60,065 nucleotides of DNA, taken from Klebsormidium nitens. Its lineage: Eukaryota; Plantae; Klebsormidiophyceae. The position numbers and the translations under genes are program-made. The stretch spans positions 1 through 60,065 of the forward strand of contig DF237490.1 in NCBI GenBank assembly GCA_000708835.1, given 5' to 3'. The notes beneath the pieces were generated by a model, which ran no database searches, was not told the origin of the DNA, and saw only the letters and a program-made list of their open reading frames with translations. Positions 23,068 through 35,807 of this stretch are shown piece after piece. Within the stretch, counting starts at the first letter, position 1, and each line of letters opens with the position of its first letter.

Positions 23068-24224
23068 TAGCAAGGGTTTGGCGGTGTTAAAAACGGATAT
23101 ACATGGGTTACGAAGGAAACTGGTGTTGTATAAAGACCTGTGTATGATACTAATTGATCTAGTCCTGTGTATGATAGTGGGCGCCAATCCTTTTGCTATA
23201 CACAATAAGTTTAGTCAGCCGCGGGCTTTTGAAGCTAGGGCGTGTCATCTTACATGTCACGTTCAGTCGTGACAAACGGCATGTTAACGGCTTGTTAATA
23301 CTAAGAATCTAGGAAGTACTGGTCTGAGCAGCCGGATTTGAGGGGATTTTGGTAAGACGGCTAGGTGTCGGACCTCAAGGCTGCCTTTGGGAATTACCGA
23401 GGTACGCAGCTAGAACGTTGGGGACATACAGTGTTTGCTATGTTTGTTCCTTGGACCTAGGGGAACGAGCTTAAATTGCTAAAAGCTAGACGATCTTGAC
23501 CCGGGACCCGTAGCCGCCGGCGGCCCCCTCGATCAGAACGAAACCCAGGCTCGTGATGGGTGCCAGCATGCTCGCTGGCCGCGCTGATGGTTCGGCGCAG
23601 ATGCGATCGATCCGTTCATATGATCGATGAACTGAGCTCTCATGGTCTCTGCATTTGGCAATTGTCAAATATGATGCATATATACAGATCGCACACATAT
23701 GATATCATTCTGTACATGCCTTTGCACAAGTCAAGTATTTAAGAACATCGAGTCCCGAACATGCAGCTACCGTCCGATAATATTGAAGTACTTTTCATCT
23801 AGTCTGAATGAGCTCCTGCATGATCCTATAGTACATAGGATCATGCTATATATATAGCTTCAATTGAACTTATACATCGGCGCTGCCGCCGTGCATGACT
23901 CAGTTCAATGCACTGAGCTAGCTCTGAAGTCTCCTGCAACTTGCGGTTCCAAAATATATATCATGCATATGATCGGCTTTAATACAATTGTACATTGAGG
24001 GTCCTCACCGTGACATGCGCTCAACTATAACAGAGTGTGAGTTCTCGTCATGCAGCTTTGCTTCGGATGCGTTGACCTCTGGCAACCTGACTCAGTCGCA
24101 TCGTTTCTCCATCAAAGTTTTGGGGAGATCTGGTAAGCTTCTACATCAATGTCGCAAAGTGAATTTCAAGCTTCAAGCGTCGCGCTGGACAAAAATATGC
24201 TACATGTTGGCTGCAAAACAAATC

Positions 24225-27200
24225 CTAGCTGCTGCTTGAAGCTTGGAGTGTTCTTTTTGCGGATTTGAGCGTGTTTTGAAGCAAGACTGCAATTGTCATT
24301 GGCCCTACGCCTCCAGGAACTGGCGTGATTGCTCCTGCTACTTTCCGCGCCTCCTTGTAATCGACATCGCCCACTAGCCGGTAGCCCCTCTTGTCGCTTG
24401 GATCCTGTAGAAAATGGTAACCAGATTCAGCTTTTGGATTCTAGTAGGGACATAAGACGTGAGATCTGATCAAGCATTCAGCCGCCTGAACATTCAGAAA
24501 AGGGACTGTCAGCGGTTTACGACGGATGTGACAGCTCGAGCACTAGACGCGCGGTACAAAATCGTGTTTTCTCGTTGAAAAAATAGTCGTTGTAGCCCAA
24601 ACGCTGACCGGTGCCAATGGCATATTAGCGTGCCCGTTTTTTGTTCCTATATGGACAATACGACTCGCAAAGACCTCGGCAAGCCTCTTTTCAAACAGCG
24701 AAGCCCGCCCACCACGCCAAGCAATCAGCCTACAAATGCATGCAACAAACGACTGAGTGGTGATTCTGAACAGCAGGCCGAATCGTCTTGCCCCTTCCAA
24801 TCGCAACTTCGAGAGACGCAAGAAGAATCATTTCACTTCGATGCGCGGACCAAAGTCGGAATTGGAAGCACACTCAGCAGCCCTTACGTCAACAGCGTTG
24901 ATGCCGACATCGATGACAACCGCCCCCGGCTTCAGCCAGTCCGCCTTTACGAACTCCGCCTTGCCAATTGCCGCAATCACGATGTCAGCGCGCCGAGTAT
25001 GCTCCGCAGGGTTCGGGGTTCGGGAGTGGACAACGGTCACTGTGGCGTTTAGTTTCTGCCAGAGAGAGGGAGGGAGGGTGAGGGAAGGAGATAGAAAGTC
25101 GCTAGCGACTCCGCAATTGTGGTGACGTGCTCCACAGAAGATGGGGCTTCGAGAGACGACCATTTGGAACCTCGAATTTGGTGGCAGATCGGCAGAGGGG
25201 ATGTGGTGATTGCAAAGCGAAGCACGTACCAAGCAAGGCTGCCATTACAAGTGCTATGGCAGAGTCGGAGTCTGTGAGTGGACGACAGTCAACGTAAAAA
25301 TCAATCGCTAACGAAGCGAGAAGGAAACGTAAGGTTAAGAGAACTAGATTTTGGAGTCTTCTGCGTTTCCGAAGAGCGGGTCTAACATCAAGGCGCCAGA
25401 AGCACTATGACGAAAGGAGAGCCGCTCGCCCGAAGCGCGATGACAAAATGAGAGCCGCTCGAAAAGAGGAAATCAGGGACGGGCGCCAAACAAGCCTCAG
25501 ATTTGTGCTCGAAGTTCAATGCTCGAAGTTCAAGATATCTTTAAACCGTTCTCTCTGATACGACGATCGAGAACCGCTCAAAACTCGAAACACAGCGAAG
25601 GGCCCAGAAAATTGTTGACCTCAAATCGACAACAAAACAAAAGCTTTCCTTTCTGATCAGTAGCGATCGAACCAATCAAGGTTGGTGCGACAACAATGCT
25701 GTGTCCTGGTATCAGGTTCCATCTAAGCTCATCCCTGACGTTCTTAACAACCAAGAGAACACCTACGTGAAGATTGTCACACACTCCGATGCTTTACAAG
25801 TACATCCAAGCACGTACGCCGTTCCGCTTGGATAGCCTGCCCCCCAAGATCGCTCAGTTTTCATGATCCCAAAGCCCAAAACCTGCGGCTCCACCTCAAA
25901 TTCACGGGCTCCGAATCAGAAAAATCTCAAGACCACGAGACCTGGAGCCAGGCGACCAAAATCTTGGAGGCTCTCAGATTACTCTGACGCCTGAATGCCC
26001 ATCTTCACCCTGAGCCCGGATCTTTTCCTCACCTGTAAAAGCAGCGCCGCAGGCATGCCGACCGTCTTGCTCCGCCCCAGAACCACCGCATACTTCCCCG
26101 CAATCTGCACCCCCGTCCGTTGCAGCAGCTCGATGCACCCGGCCGGCGTGCACGCCACAAACAAGGGATCCCTCTGCTGCATTGCGAGCGTGCCAACGTT
26201 GACAGGGTGGAAGCCGTCGACGTCCTTCTCGACGGAGACGGCGCTTAGGATGCGCTGCTCGTTGATGTGGGAGGGGAGGGGGAGCTGGATCAGGATGCCG
26301 TGGACTTCGGGGTTGGCATTGAAGTCGGTCACGATCTGCAGGCTTTCAGAAAGTGTTTTCAGGTCCATTTCTTGAAAGATAGGAGCGAGAAAACGACTAC
26401 GGTAACCAATCGTTTCTCGTGTTGAATGAGGGAAGGTGGGATCCGCCTGAGAGCGGGGCAAAGAAGACTACTTTCCCGATGTCAGGGAAGAAAGATCTGG
26501 GGGCGATTGCAATGATGCTGATCGAGTTACAAAACGACAGTCCTTTTCTGAACAAGAAAGATATCGCGCTCTAGACCCGCAAGGTGCATTACATAGAACT
26601 TTTGGCTTCGGCGAACTGGCTGACCTTGAGAGTATCTTGGAATGCATTCTCGTTAAGGAAAATGTTCTAAAATAATTGATCAAGGCCCCCGGTTGAGAAA
26701 TCCAAGAGAATGCAAACCGTTTTCGTACACGGTGCTGGAGGCAAATGGAACTGCAACGAGCCAGAGAAGTCCGTCGCAATGAAAAATCACAATTTGAAGC
26801 GAAACAAACCGAAGAACCTGATGTAAGATCCGCATATGCCAAACAACAACAGAATCCGCATCAAAAGGCAATGAAGAGAACAAAGCTAAGCTGAAGGACA
26901 GAACAAGCCAAAGAACACGCCGGGAGCTTGTCCTTGCATCAGACGGGGTTCCCCCCAATCCTCTCACCTTTAAAAACATCAAACAGCACCTATACTGATG
27001 CTGATCATCTAAGCGCTTTAATGTCACATTTCAGAAAGTGACCCGAAGCCCCAGTATCAACTGCAGAAACATTTGTGTTTGACCACACGAGCCCGCACCT
27101 TTAGGAGCTCGTCTTCAGAGACGTCCTCCGGCAGGTCCGCATCAAAGGACTTGATCCCGACCTCCACGCACGCCTTCTTCTTGCTCCGCACGTACGTTTG

Positions 27201-28666
27201 TGAATCTTTTCGTGACCCCACCAGAACCACCGCCAGCCCAGGCACCTACTCCAACGGAAAGGGCTGTAAGAAAGGAGCTGAAAACATACAGGAAAATCGG
27301 AAAGAATTCTAGAAGCGCAGGAAGGAGAGAAGTCCAGTGGCAGAAGCTCACAGTTCATTTGTGCTTTTGTTTCATGGCAACAAAGAGGCCGTTGGGAAAA
27401 CTGCAAAAATAGTCCTCAAACAAGAACAAGTACTTTCTCCACACTTGCAAAAGTGGTGGGGCAAACCTCAAAACCCCCAGATCAGCACTCCAAATCATTA
27501 ATTCCAGATCAATGTAATTGCACCTGAAGTAGAAACTTTGTACGTATCAAAGTTGCACTCTCAGCTTTCTGGCACTAGTTGATACATGCACATCCGAAGC
27601 ATCCGGCACGTCTGCACGACGCAGCAAGCCTCAAGCACGCAGCCACCATTACCAAGTTTGCAACTCAAGATTCTTCTAAAAGGTCCACCAACTGCAGGAA
27701 TCATACCACCAATCNNNNNNNNNNNNNNNNNNNNNNNNNNNNNNNNNNNNNNNNNNNNNNNNNNNNNNNNNNNNNNNNNNNNNNNNNNNNNNNNNNNNNN
27801 NNNNNNNNNNNNNNNNNNNNNNNNNNNNNNNNNNNNNNNNNNNNNNNNNNNNNNNNNNNNNNNNNNNNNNNNNNNNNNNNNNNNNNNNNNNNNNNNNNNN
27901 NNNNNNNNNNNNNNNNNNNNNNNNNNNNNNNNNNNNNNNNNNNNNNNNNNNNNNNNNNNNNNNNNNNNNNNNNNNNNNNNNNNNNNNNNNNNNNNNNNNN
28001 NNNNNNNNNNNNNNNNNNNNNNNNNNNNNNNNNNNNNNNNNNNNNNNNNNNNNNNNNNNNNNNNNNNNNNNNNNNNNNNNNNNNNNNNNNNNNNNNNNNN
28101 NNNNNNNNNNNNNNNNNNNNNNNNNNNNNNNNNNNNNNNNNNNNNNNNNNNNNNNNNNNNNNNNNNNNNNNNNNNNNNNNNNNNNNNNNNNNNNNNNNNN
28201 NNNNNNNNNNNNNNNNNNNNNNNNNNNNNNNNNNNNNNNNNNNNNNNNNNNNNNNNNNNNNNNAGCAGGCCCCCACCTTCCCTGTCTCCGCCTTCAAGCT
28301 TTCCACACCCTGTCCAATCTCCTTCCTCAGCTGCGCAGCGATCGCCTTGCCGTCGATGACGTCAGCGACCTTCTCCTCCGCTACAGCCCCTGCATTCCCC
28401 ACTGCTTGCGGTGCAGCAAGCTGGTCTGCTTTCTGTGGCTCCATCCTCCCAAATCCTAGCTTGATCTTTGGTTGAAAATTAGCTCTAGCAGAGATCAACT
28501 GGAAGGGTGCAATCGAAGAAGGGGCCAAGGGTGCGGCGGTTCCAATCACTCTAAGAGGGGTGAGTGAGAAAGGGCTTTGGTGGGATGCTTTCAGGGCAGC
28601 AGAAGAGCAGTCTTGGAACAGCACACCCCCCAATGATGCAGAATTCCGAAGGCACGCCGCGGCCAT
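24225..28666 (-). CDS. folD: Bifunctional methylenetetrahydrofolate dehydrogenase/cyclohydrolase, 395 aa, with an organellar transit peptide
   Basis: Exons 28666-28277, 27245-27099, 26335-26033, 25055-24888, 24404-24225. Canonical motifs: [74 protein letters not shown]. Ser/Ala-rich N-terminal extension. Confidence 0.97.
27715..28263. other. Assembly gap (N run) inside FolD intron 1
   Basis: Continuous run of n. The flanking FolD exons join in phase, so no coding exon appears to be missing. Confidence 0.99.
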
Positions 28667-29324
28667 CGGCCTCAGGAGCGGCCGCAGGACGCCCGTCGTA
28701 TGTCCTTCCACTAGCCGTGAATGCCCGGGGCAATTGTCAATAGCAGATAACAATTAGCTGTTATTGTTACTAAAGCGGTTGATTCTCAGCTGGATCAAGC
28801 GACATTCTTCGCAATGCCACTGGCATCACTTTTCCTCTCCATTTGTGTAGTCGAGTAGAACACACACACACGAGCCCGGTATAAAATGGGTCGGCAGAGC
28901 CAACGGGATGGAAGGTGTCATCCCTGCCCTGGCGACATACTGTGCCGTTTGTGGGGAGAAAGCGTCGCCCTTCCACAAACGCATAGCCGTGACACTATTG
29001 GTGCAGTCTTATCCAGTCGTAGGTCTAGGTTTGTCAATTGTGTCAAGAAGGCCGGTGAAAGGCAGGGCAGCCTGCAGATTCCGAATCCCATGAACCTGAA
29101 CTTGAAGTTGAACTGTTGAAGCTTGTCTTGAAGTTGGAATTTTCAGATGCGTCTGGGTCAACCATGGCGCCCTCTGTGGCGTCACGACAGGAAAACTTGG
29201 TATAGCGCTTGCAGGAGGCAAGCTTAGGGCCTGGTCAATCTCAAACTTAAAGTGCTTCTCGTCCAGTCGAAGCGCAGGCCCTGGATTCCAATTCTGAAGC
29301 CACCATCTTTCAGAACTTGAGACC

Positions 29325-29871
29325 ATGACTCTGTCTGGCTTTCCTGCAACACGTGCCCCCGGCGCCCCCCGAGCTCCCCCAGCCAATTCGTGCCAGGTCT
29401 GTGGGGGTGCGCACAGACATTCGCTGCAGCCGGTGCAGAGCTGCCTTCTACTGCGGGCAGGAGCATCAACGGGAGGGCTGGGAGACGCACCGATATGATT
29501 GCAGAATTCTCTCTACCAGGCAGCCTCGGCCTGCGAGCTCAGAACAGGTCGCTTCAGTGCGCCTTGGGGTCTCTTTTGCCGCAGAGAGGCTGATCAAAGC
29601 TATACGAGAGGACTGTCTACCAGACCATGAGACCTGCATGGTGTTTGGAATACCCCCTGGCCCGCCGGAACTAGAGCGGGCCGTGTACGCGGTTTACCAA
29701 TCGGCGGTGAAAACGTTTGGTGTGACACGGGACCAAATTGTGGATGCTCACATGAACAACATGATGGACGAGCTCATACTGAGCATCCCTGAGGTTCGGG
29801 ACAGCGCGTATGGGAGCCTGGTGGTTGCGAATGGCGGGATCAGATTGGAGAGGTTTCCGGGGGTGCCCTAG
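29325..29871 (+). CDS. Intronless MYND-type zinc-finger protein (181 aa if corrected), interrupted by a 1-nt frameshift; sequencing error or pseudogene
   Basis: ATG 29325 reads MTLSGFPATRAPGAPRAPPANSCQVCG. The rest of the finger (RCSRCRAAFYCGQEHQREGWETHRYDC) is in the next frame. Removing one G from the G5 run at 29403-29407 joins them. Confidence 0.8.
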
Positions 29872-31104
29872 GCAGCTGTGTTTGATGATGAACAGCTCAG
29901 AAAAGCGTTTCTGATGTTTGTTGTGTACATAATGTTGTGTACATAAGGAGTAGGAGCAATAAGTAAAGATTCCATATCGGGCTGTAAGTTCTGTGCCCCT
30001 GTAAATCTTTGCGACGATGGCATGTTCTGCTGTGTTTCCTCCTTGCAGACATCCGGATAAGTGTGCAAGAAGCAAATAGTTCAGGTGTTCAAGGTGCGGA
30101 AGGTAACAGCTTCTTAAAGTTAAGAGTACTGGTTCTGACATAGTAGGGGCCTTTGGTGGCTGTTTATTTGTCTTATATTTAAACGTTCTCCGGCTGATTT
30201 ACCAGACGCAGGTGCACTTGATAATATTTATCTAGTAGTTTGTTCCTCTTGCACCTTGTGATAGTTTGTCCTAGGATTATCAGGTCCACAAGTGGTTGAA
30301 CTCAACTGAAAGCAAAACCTTCGACGCTAACCTATCATTACTGGCTCCTCAACCTTTGCGGAAGTACTACAGTTCACGAGGCTGTCGTTGATAGATTTGA
30401 TCTGCTCAAGCTGAGAATGCTTCCACAGCGTGCAATGACGACAAGGAAGATATCATTGAAAACGTATCCAACATCAGTGCCATTGTCATATTGCCGGGAT
30501 GTTACTACCCTAACATGGCCCGCACACATATACTGCACTGGCACTTGTAGTAGAGTGATAGCAAGACTCAACTTACTCACTCACTGAATCGGGATCATTC
30601 CCATGCCTCCGACGTATGTTTGCATGTAATCTGCATCCCTCCGGCCATTTGTATAGTGACAGAACCTCATGTTTCAATCATCGGGCCAGCCAGCTGCACA
30701 TTCGGACTTGGAGAATCATGGTAGAGTGACCATGCATGTGCGGCGCGGCTGCAATCATGACTAGCTAGGCCAGCTTGATCGCATGCATCGATCAAGACCG
30801 ACAGTCCGGTCGATCATCGCACATGCAGTGATAGGTAACTATATACCTGTCGGGTATATAGACGGCATATAGGACGATCGAGGCGGCTAGCCTATACGCC
30901 CCACATAGCGCACCATGCCTGCAGATCATTCAATGCATATTGAAACTTGCGCGGATTTCGCGACAAGATAAACAGTCACTGCGGTGAGTTTCTTCACGAA
31001 CTAATATTCTGACGTTTTATGCATGAGCCTCCTTAAGCATGTTTGCATTGTTCGATCCTACAACATATGACGTACATGGTTTATGACAGTGACCCAGCGC
31101 GTTA

Positions 31105-31605
31105 TTAGTAACTATTGAAACTGAAAGACCGTTCGGTCAAGCCTGCGCCCACGCCAATTGGCGTTTCGCTCAGTGACTTGCGCTTAGTATGTTGCAAGAT
31201 GTGTTTGTAGTTCAGACCCTGGCACAATCTTTGGATCTGCACGCACAGACAAATCAACGCGCCCGGCAAAGCTACAAGGCTTAGCAAGCTAGAATTCCAG
31301 CGGTTCTGGGCCCGCCCGCAGCATGTCATCACCCTCTCATATACTAGGTGCCTCTACAATAGTGCACCGAAGCTGGATCTTTGAGTCGTGCTAGGTCGTT
31401 CATCAAGCAAGTCGATAAGAATATTAGGATACAAATTACCTCTTGATTGCTGGTAGGTCGCCTCTGAGACGGTGCAAACCTGTGCAAACCTCTCACAACA
31501 GGAAGCCTCGCCAGGAAACCGTGCAGGTGAGAGCACTCTGCAGCAACTGACCCCTTTGCTACAAGTACTCTTCCAACTAATGCACAAACACATCATAACA
31601 GACAT
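31105..31605 (-). mobile_element. Possible fossil hAT C-terminal dimerisation domain
   Basis: The continuous frame NLYPNILIDLLDERPSTTQRSSFGALL*RHLVYERVMTCCGRAQNRWNSSLLSL loosely parallels the hAT motif YPN..L..P.T....ERSFS.L.R.K.YLR..M.Q.RL..L. One in-frame stop. Confidence 0.25.
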
Positions 31606-32354
31606 AACGCTCTCATCTTAGAGAACACGGGCCGTTCTTATATCATTACGTGCTACTATGTTTCATCTTCTACGCCTTCCCCATCTTTTTAGGTCGGCTG
31701 TGTTCGAGCAAGGTATTTACCTTATCCTCGAGCTGCCTTCCGATAATGCTCTTCCAGCGGCACACCGCCTTTCAACTACTATCCCGAACTTTACTGCTCT
31801 CTACTGTGATCTCTCTGGGCACTCTGCGGCACATTCCGACGCCTGCGCACGACTCCCGAACTGACCGACCGGACGACGACTTGACACGGAGGATGCGCCC
31901 CCTTGACACGTGGCAGCAGACTCCGGACCCCGATCGACCGACACAGACGACCGTACGACCTGGACTGATGGAAGCTTTAGACTCGGGCGGTGGATGCAAG
32001 CTGCTACTAAATACCTCTCTGACGATGTTGAGGTTTCAAACGGGGTGAGGTGGCAGTGGGGTAGACGCATTAGGAGACTTAAGATTGGATCAGACGTGAC
32101 AGCAACCGACAGCAAAGCAACAACGGCGCAACCAATTGGACTGTTAACAGTCAGCAGCTTGAAATCCGAACTTTCCGATCAGCAGGAACCTTGGGCCGTC
32201 GAAGGAACGGTGTCAGATGTGGGGCGTTTGCAACTATATGACGAAAGATGCGCCTATGGTGACATTCTTATTATGGTGCTTCATTTAAGCAGCCCGACCC
32301 GGAGAAAATCCACGCAGCACACTTACGTCAAGATCAAGGGCGCTTCCGCCTCAC

Positions 32355-35300
32355 CTATGCAGCAACGAGGGGCGCATCTGGCGGCTTCTCGGCATTGCAG
32401 GTGCGCTTGTTGCAGTGTGTCCGGAAGGGATAGTTCACGTTGCCGCACGCAGTGCATTTCCACGAGCCCTCCGGGACCGCGGCCGGAGCTGCACAACAAC
32501 AGAAGAATGCAACTCATAAGAGTGGGTTTATCACATCTTTCTCCAACACACGGCATTCACAGTGGAAGGTGTCGGAGAGGTGTTGAGTCGTGACAGTGTC
32601 TTTCAAAAAAGCAAACGCTTTCGGTGCAATTTTAGGTGGGCAAAGCATAGAACCTCTGGAAGGCTTGACAGAAGGAGCGAGCAGACCGGTACTCAGACAA
32701 AAGGGCTTTGAACCTTGCAGAAGTCAGTCACGTGTAAAGTCGGTCGACACAGCGCAAGCGCAGTAGTCTGCAAGTATGATGAGCAATCACGATAGCATAT
32801 GCTCAGCACGCACGTATTAACTGAAGCAGAACTTGGAGTGGACAAGGGGCTGTTGTCAAACGTTTTCAGGGATGACCTTGCCAAGAAAGTACCAAAAACG
32901 TCATGGAGCGGCAAGCTGTACAAGTAATCTGCCGTTGAAATGAGTGAGGACATTCGTTTTCGAGACTAGAAGCAGAATGAGTGAGGACATTCGTTTTCGA
33001 TACTAGAAGCCGAACGTCAACAGTGATAGTGATTCAGAGTTTAGCAGCCAGGAACAATCCTGTATGCAAAAAGGTTCCGGTTGTCAAGGGGCAGGTGCTT
33101 CTCAGGTCAGAGAGTCCCTCACCTTGGGGCCTTCCTACTATTGGCATGGTTGGGGGTGCGCCCACGAACTGCCAAAAGAAGAAACAACGAGTCAGTCAAC
33201 ATCAAAAGACCCATTTGTTAAGCAGGTGACGCCTTCGAAATCTCCTCAGCGAGATCATCTTATCAGGTACTGAAAGTTGCCCTCTCTGCTACTCTTCAAG
33301 GTAGCGGCTTTCACTAGCGAAGTGCCGCAAGGGATTACAAGAGGACAGTCTCCATTCCACTCTAAATGAACAGACGAAAGGGACAATCAAAGGCGGAATG
33401 GGTTTGCGAAACCGGCATCTCATGCTTACAATACTCATGCCAAGACGCTGCGCATCCTTTGGCTGGCAACCGAGATCCACATAGAGTGGCTGCATGGGTG
33501 CAGAAATGCGGAGGGTTTTAGCCTTTTACCACCCATCCAAACGTATATTGCGGCTCGGTGGACATTACCAGACGACTTACCTGAGGCCTAGGGGCTCCGC
33601 AACGGCGCATGTTGCACGTGGTGCGGAACGCGAAGTTGGTGTTGTGGCACTGGGGGCACTGTGCAGGTATGCAGAAAAGAAGCTTAGGTGACGTGGGTAC
33701 AAGTTACTTTTTCTCCTGACAATTGTGGTAAAAGTTAAGGCGCGAACAAAGTACAGAGCCAAAGCTTAAGCAAGGCGTGATCACCGAGGTGTGATGGAAA
33801 CTCGCAAATGCCAGAAGCAGCTCAGATCTATTGCAAACAGAGGGGCATTCCGAAAAGAAGCTCTTTGTCACAAACAGCGGCTACCTTCCTCTAGTCCAGA
33901 GTCAATAAAAACCTCAGCCTGCAAAAACTTTCACTGACCGCAGGCAGAGCAAGCTTGGACATTCATTGCACAAAACCACCTCGGCAGCTTCAAACAGAGA
34001 CAGTCGCCAGAGGGTACAGGAAATCAAAAGAATGGTCAGTCCATCACTTGTTAGATGATGGACCATTGCTAGAGTGTGATAGGCTGTTGCCAAACTCTTG
34101 TTTGGGGCCCACAAGCGGCGATTGTCAGCTCCTCACCTCCCAGTCGCCCTCAGTCTTTGCCCCCGGTCCGCCCCGCCGCTTCCGATTGTCCTCGCCAAGC
34201 GATGGTGAGAAGCCCGGCTGTGGGGAGAACGCAGGCTGGGGCGAGAAAGCCGGTTGGGGCGAGAAGGCCGGCTGGGGCGAGAATGCAAAGCCGGTTGGGT
34301 TTGCAGCGAACTGGTTCTCTGGAATCTGCAGCTGCAGTCCCATGTGCCCGTTCGCACCGAATCCATTCCCACCCCCATACGCGTTTCCATTAGCATAGGC
34401 GCCCCCGTTGTTGAAGGCGTTTCCATTGGCAAAAGCAGCCCCTCCGGAGTAGGGGCTCTGGAAGCGGGGGTTCTGGAAAGCGCCCATGGGGTTGCCGAAA
34501 GCCTGGTTCGGCTGGTTAAAACGCTGCTGCGCAAAAGGGCCTCCAGCTGCGGCATATGCCTGGCTCTGATCGAAATAGGGGGCTTGCTGCAATGGAGAGA
34601 GAAAGAAGGTAAGAGTGTGGTTTGCACGGAACGACAATCAACACACACCCATGTAATGGACTCAAATGGACGCCGCTAGCTGACTAGACAACACAATGGG
34701 CTCTCAGAAAATAGTGGTCTTGAAAGCTTTCTCTTCTTGGGTCGCACCCGAAATCCAGCCCAAAGAAAACAGAGAGAAATCAGAAATTGAGCAGATTTCT
34801 GCTTTCTGCTCGGTAAATCAACCAGAAAAAGGTCGCACACCAGTCTGCGAAAAGAACAATAGACCTTTGACCAGCAGGGTGAGACTCGAACAAAGTAGAG
34901 ATACTCACACTAAAACTTAATAGCACGATCAGCTGACTGGAAGCATTCATATGCGTTTGAGAGTGCAGAAAAGAAGTGGCTTGAAGCACAGAGCTCAAGG
35001 TAAACAAATTCAACTGACCAATCAGGGACATATGAGCTAGAAGCGCCATTAGCTGTCTAATATCAGACTGGCTTTTCATTTACCAAGTGAAGGCCTTCCT
35101 TGTTAAACGCCTGGATTGACCACTTTTTCTATGCCAAGAGAACCCTAGACATGAACCCAGCCTCTCTTCAACAAACATGGAATCAACAACCAACTGGGGA
35201 ATTGTTGCAAGAGGAAATGGCTGGGCATAGACGCAAAACTGACCTGAGGTACTGTCCCTGGCTTCGGCGCCCCGCACTTCCTCATATTGCAGGTGGTTCG

Positions 35301-35807
35301 AAAGCTGAAGTTGATGTTCCCACACTCCGAACACTGCCAGTCGCCCTCAGACGATGGCCCATTGCCCAAGCCTGCAAGAATATACCACCTGGTTACTCCT
35401 GGAAACCACCTGGTTACTCTCTGGGAAAGAGGTTAAACCATTTTCAACTCCTAAAGGCAGTGTCCATCACTTGGACTTGCGGAATTCGCCCCAAGGTATA
35501 CCTTTGGCAATTGTCACATGGAAGAGTGCAATTCTGCAGGAACCGACAGAAAAGCCACAAGAACTCTGGAATTTCAAGCCAGCTTGAAATGAGGGTTCTC
35601 ACCTGGGCCCCTGACCTTTTTAGATGGGCTGACCAAGTCCTGCACAGCGGCGCCCCGAACTGTCAGTTCGATTCCTAATACATTTAGTTACATTGCAATT
35701 GCATCAGAGACATACCCCCTAAAAACGTCTGTTCTCAATGCGAGGCATATTGCAGCTAACCTCACCTGCTGTTGCCCATTGTGAATCCCCACTGATGCCA
35801 TCGCCAT
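32355..35807 (-). CDS. RanBP2-type zinc-finger protein with three fingers, 304 aa (plant At1g67325-like architecture)
   Basis: Exons 35807-35766, 35639-35603, 35371-35244, 34586-34137, 33658-33581, 33168-33123, 32488-32355. Fingers: EGDWQCSECGNINFSFRTTCNMRKC, EGDWECPQCHNTNFAFRTTCNMRRC, EGSWKCTACGNVNYPFRTHCNKRTC. Confidence 0.93.
32939..33010. repeat. Intronic tandem duplication, 35 bp x2
   Basis: AATGAGTGAGGACATTCGTTTTCGA(G/T)ACTAGAAGC at 32939-32973 and 32976-33010. Confidence 0.95.
34204..34287 (-). repeat. Coding 18-bp minisatellite encoding (AFSPQP)4 plus GFSP
   Basis: Read directly in exon 34586-34137 of the RanBP2 zinc-finger gene. Confidence 0.9.

Noticed and set aside
23560-23742. 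HMIDELS as a Helitron/PIF1 Walker B remnant
   Set aside because: A single short motif with no Walker A or other helicase motifs.
27579-28753. ORFs of 257-350 aa spanning the N run
   Set aside because: Artefacts of translating through the assembly gap. Only the FolD first exon is real.
30374-30580. VGYVFNDIFLVV resembling the reverse transcriptase YxDD motif
   Set aside because: The catalytic Asp pair is absent and there are no other RT motifs.
32939-33010. CRISPR-like direct repeat of about 35 bp
   Set aside because: Only two units with a 2-nt gap, no spacers, no cas genes, in a eukaryotic intron.
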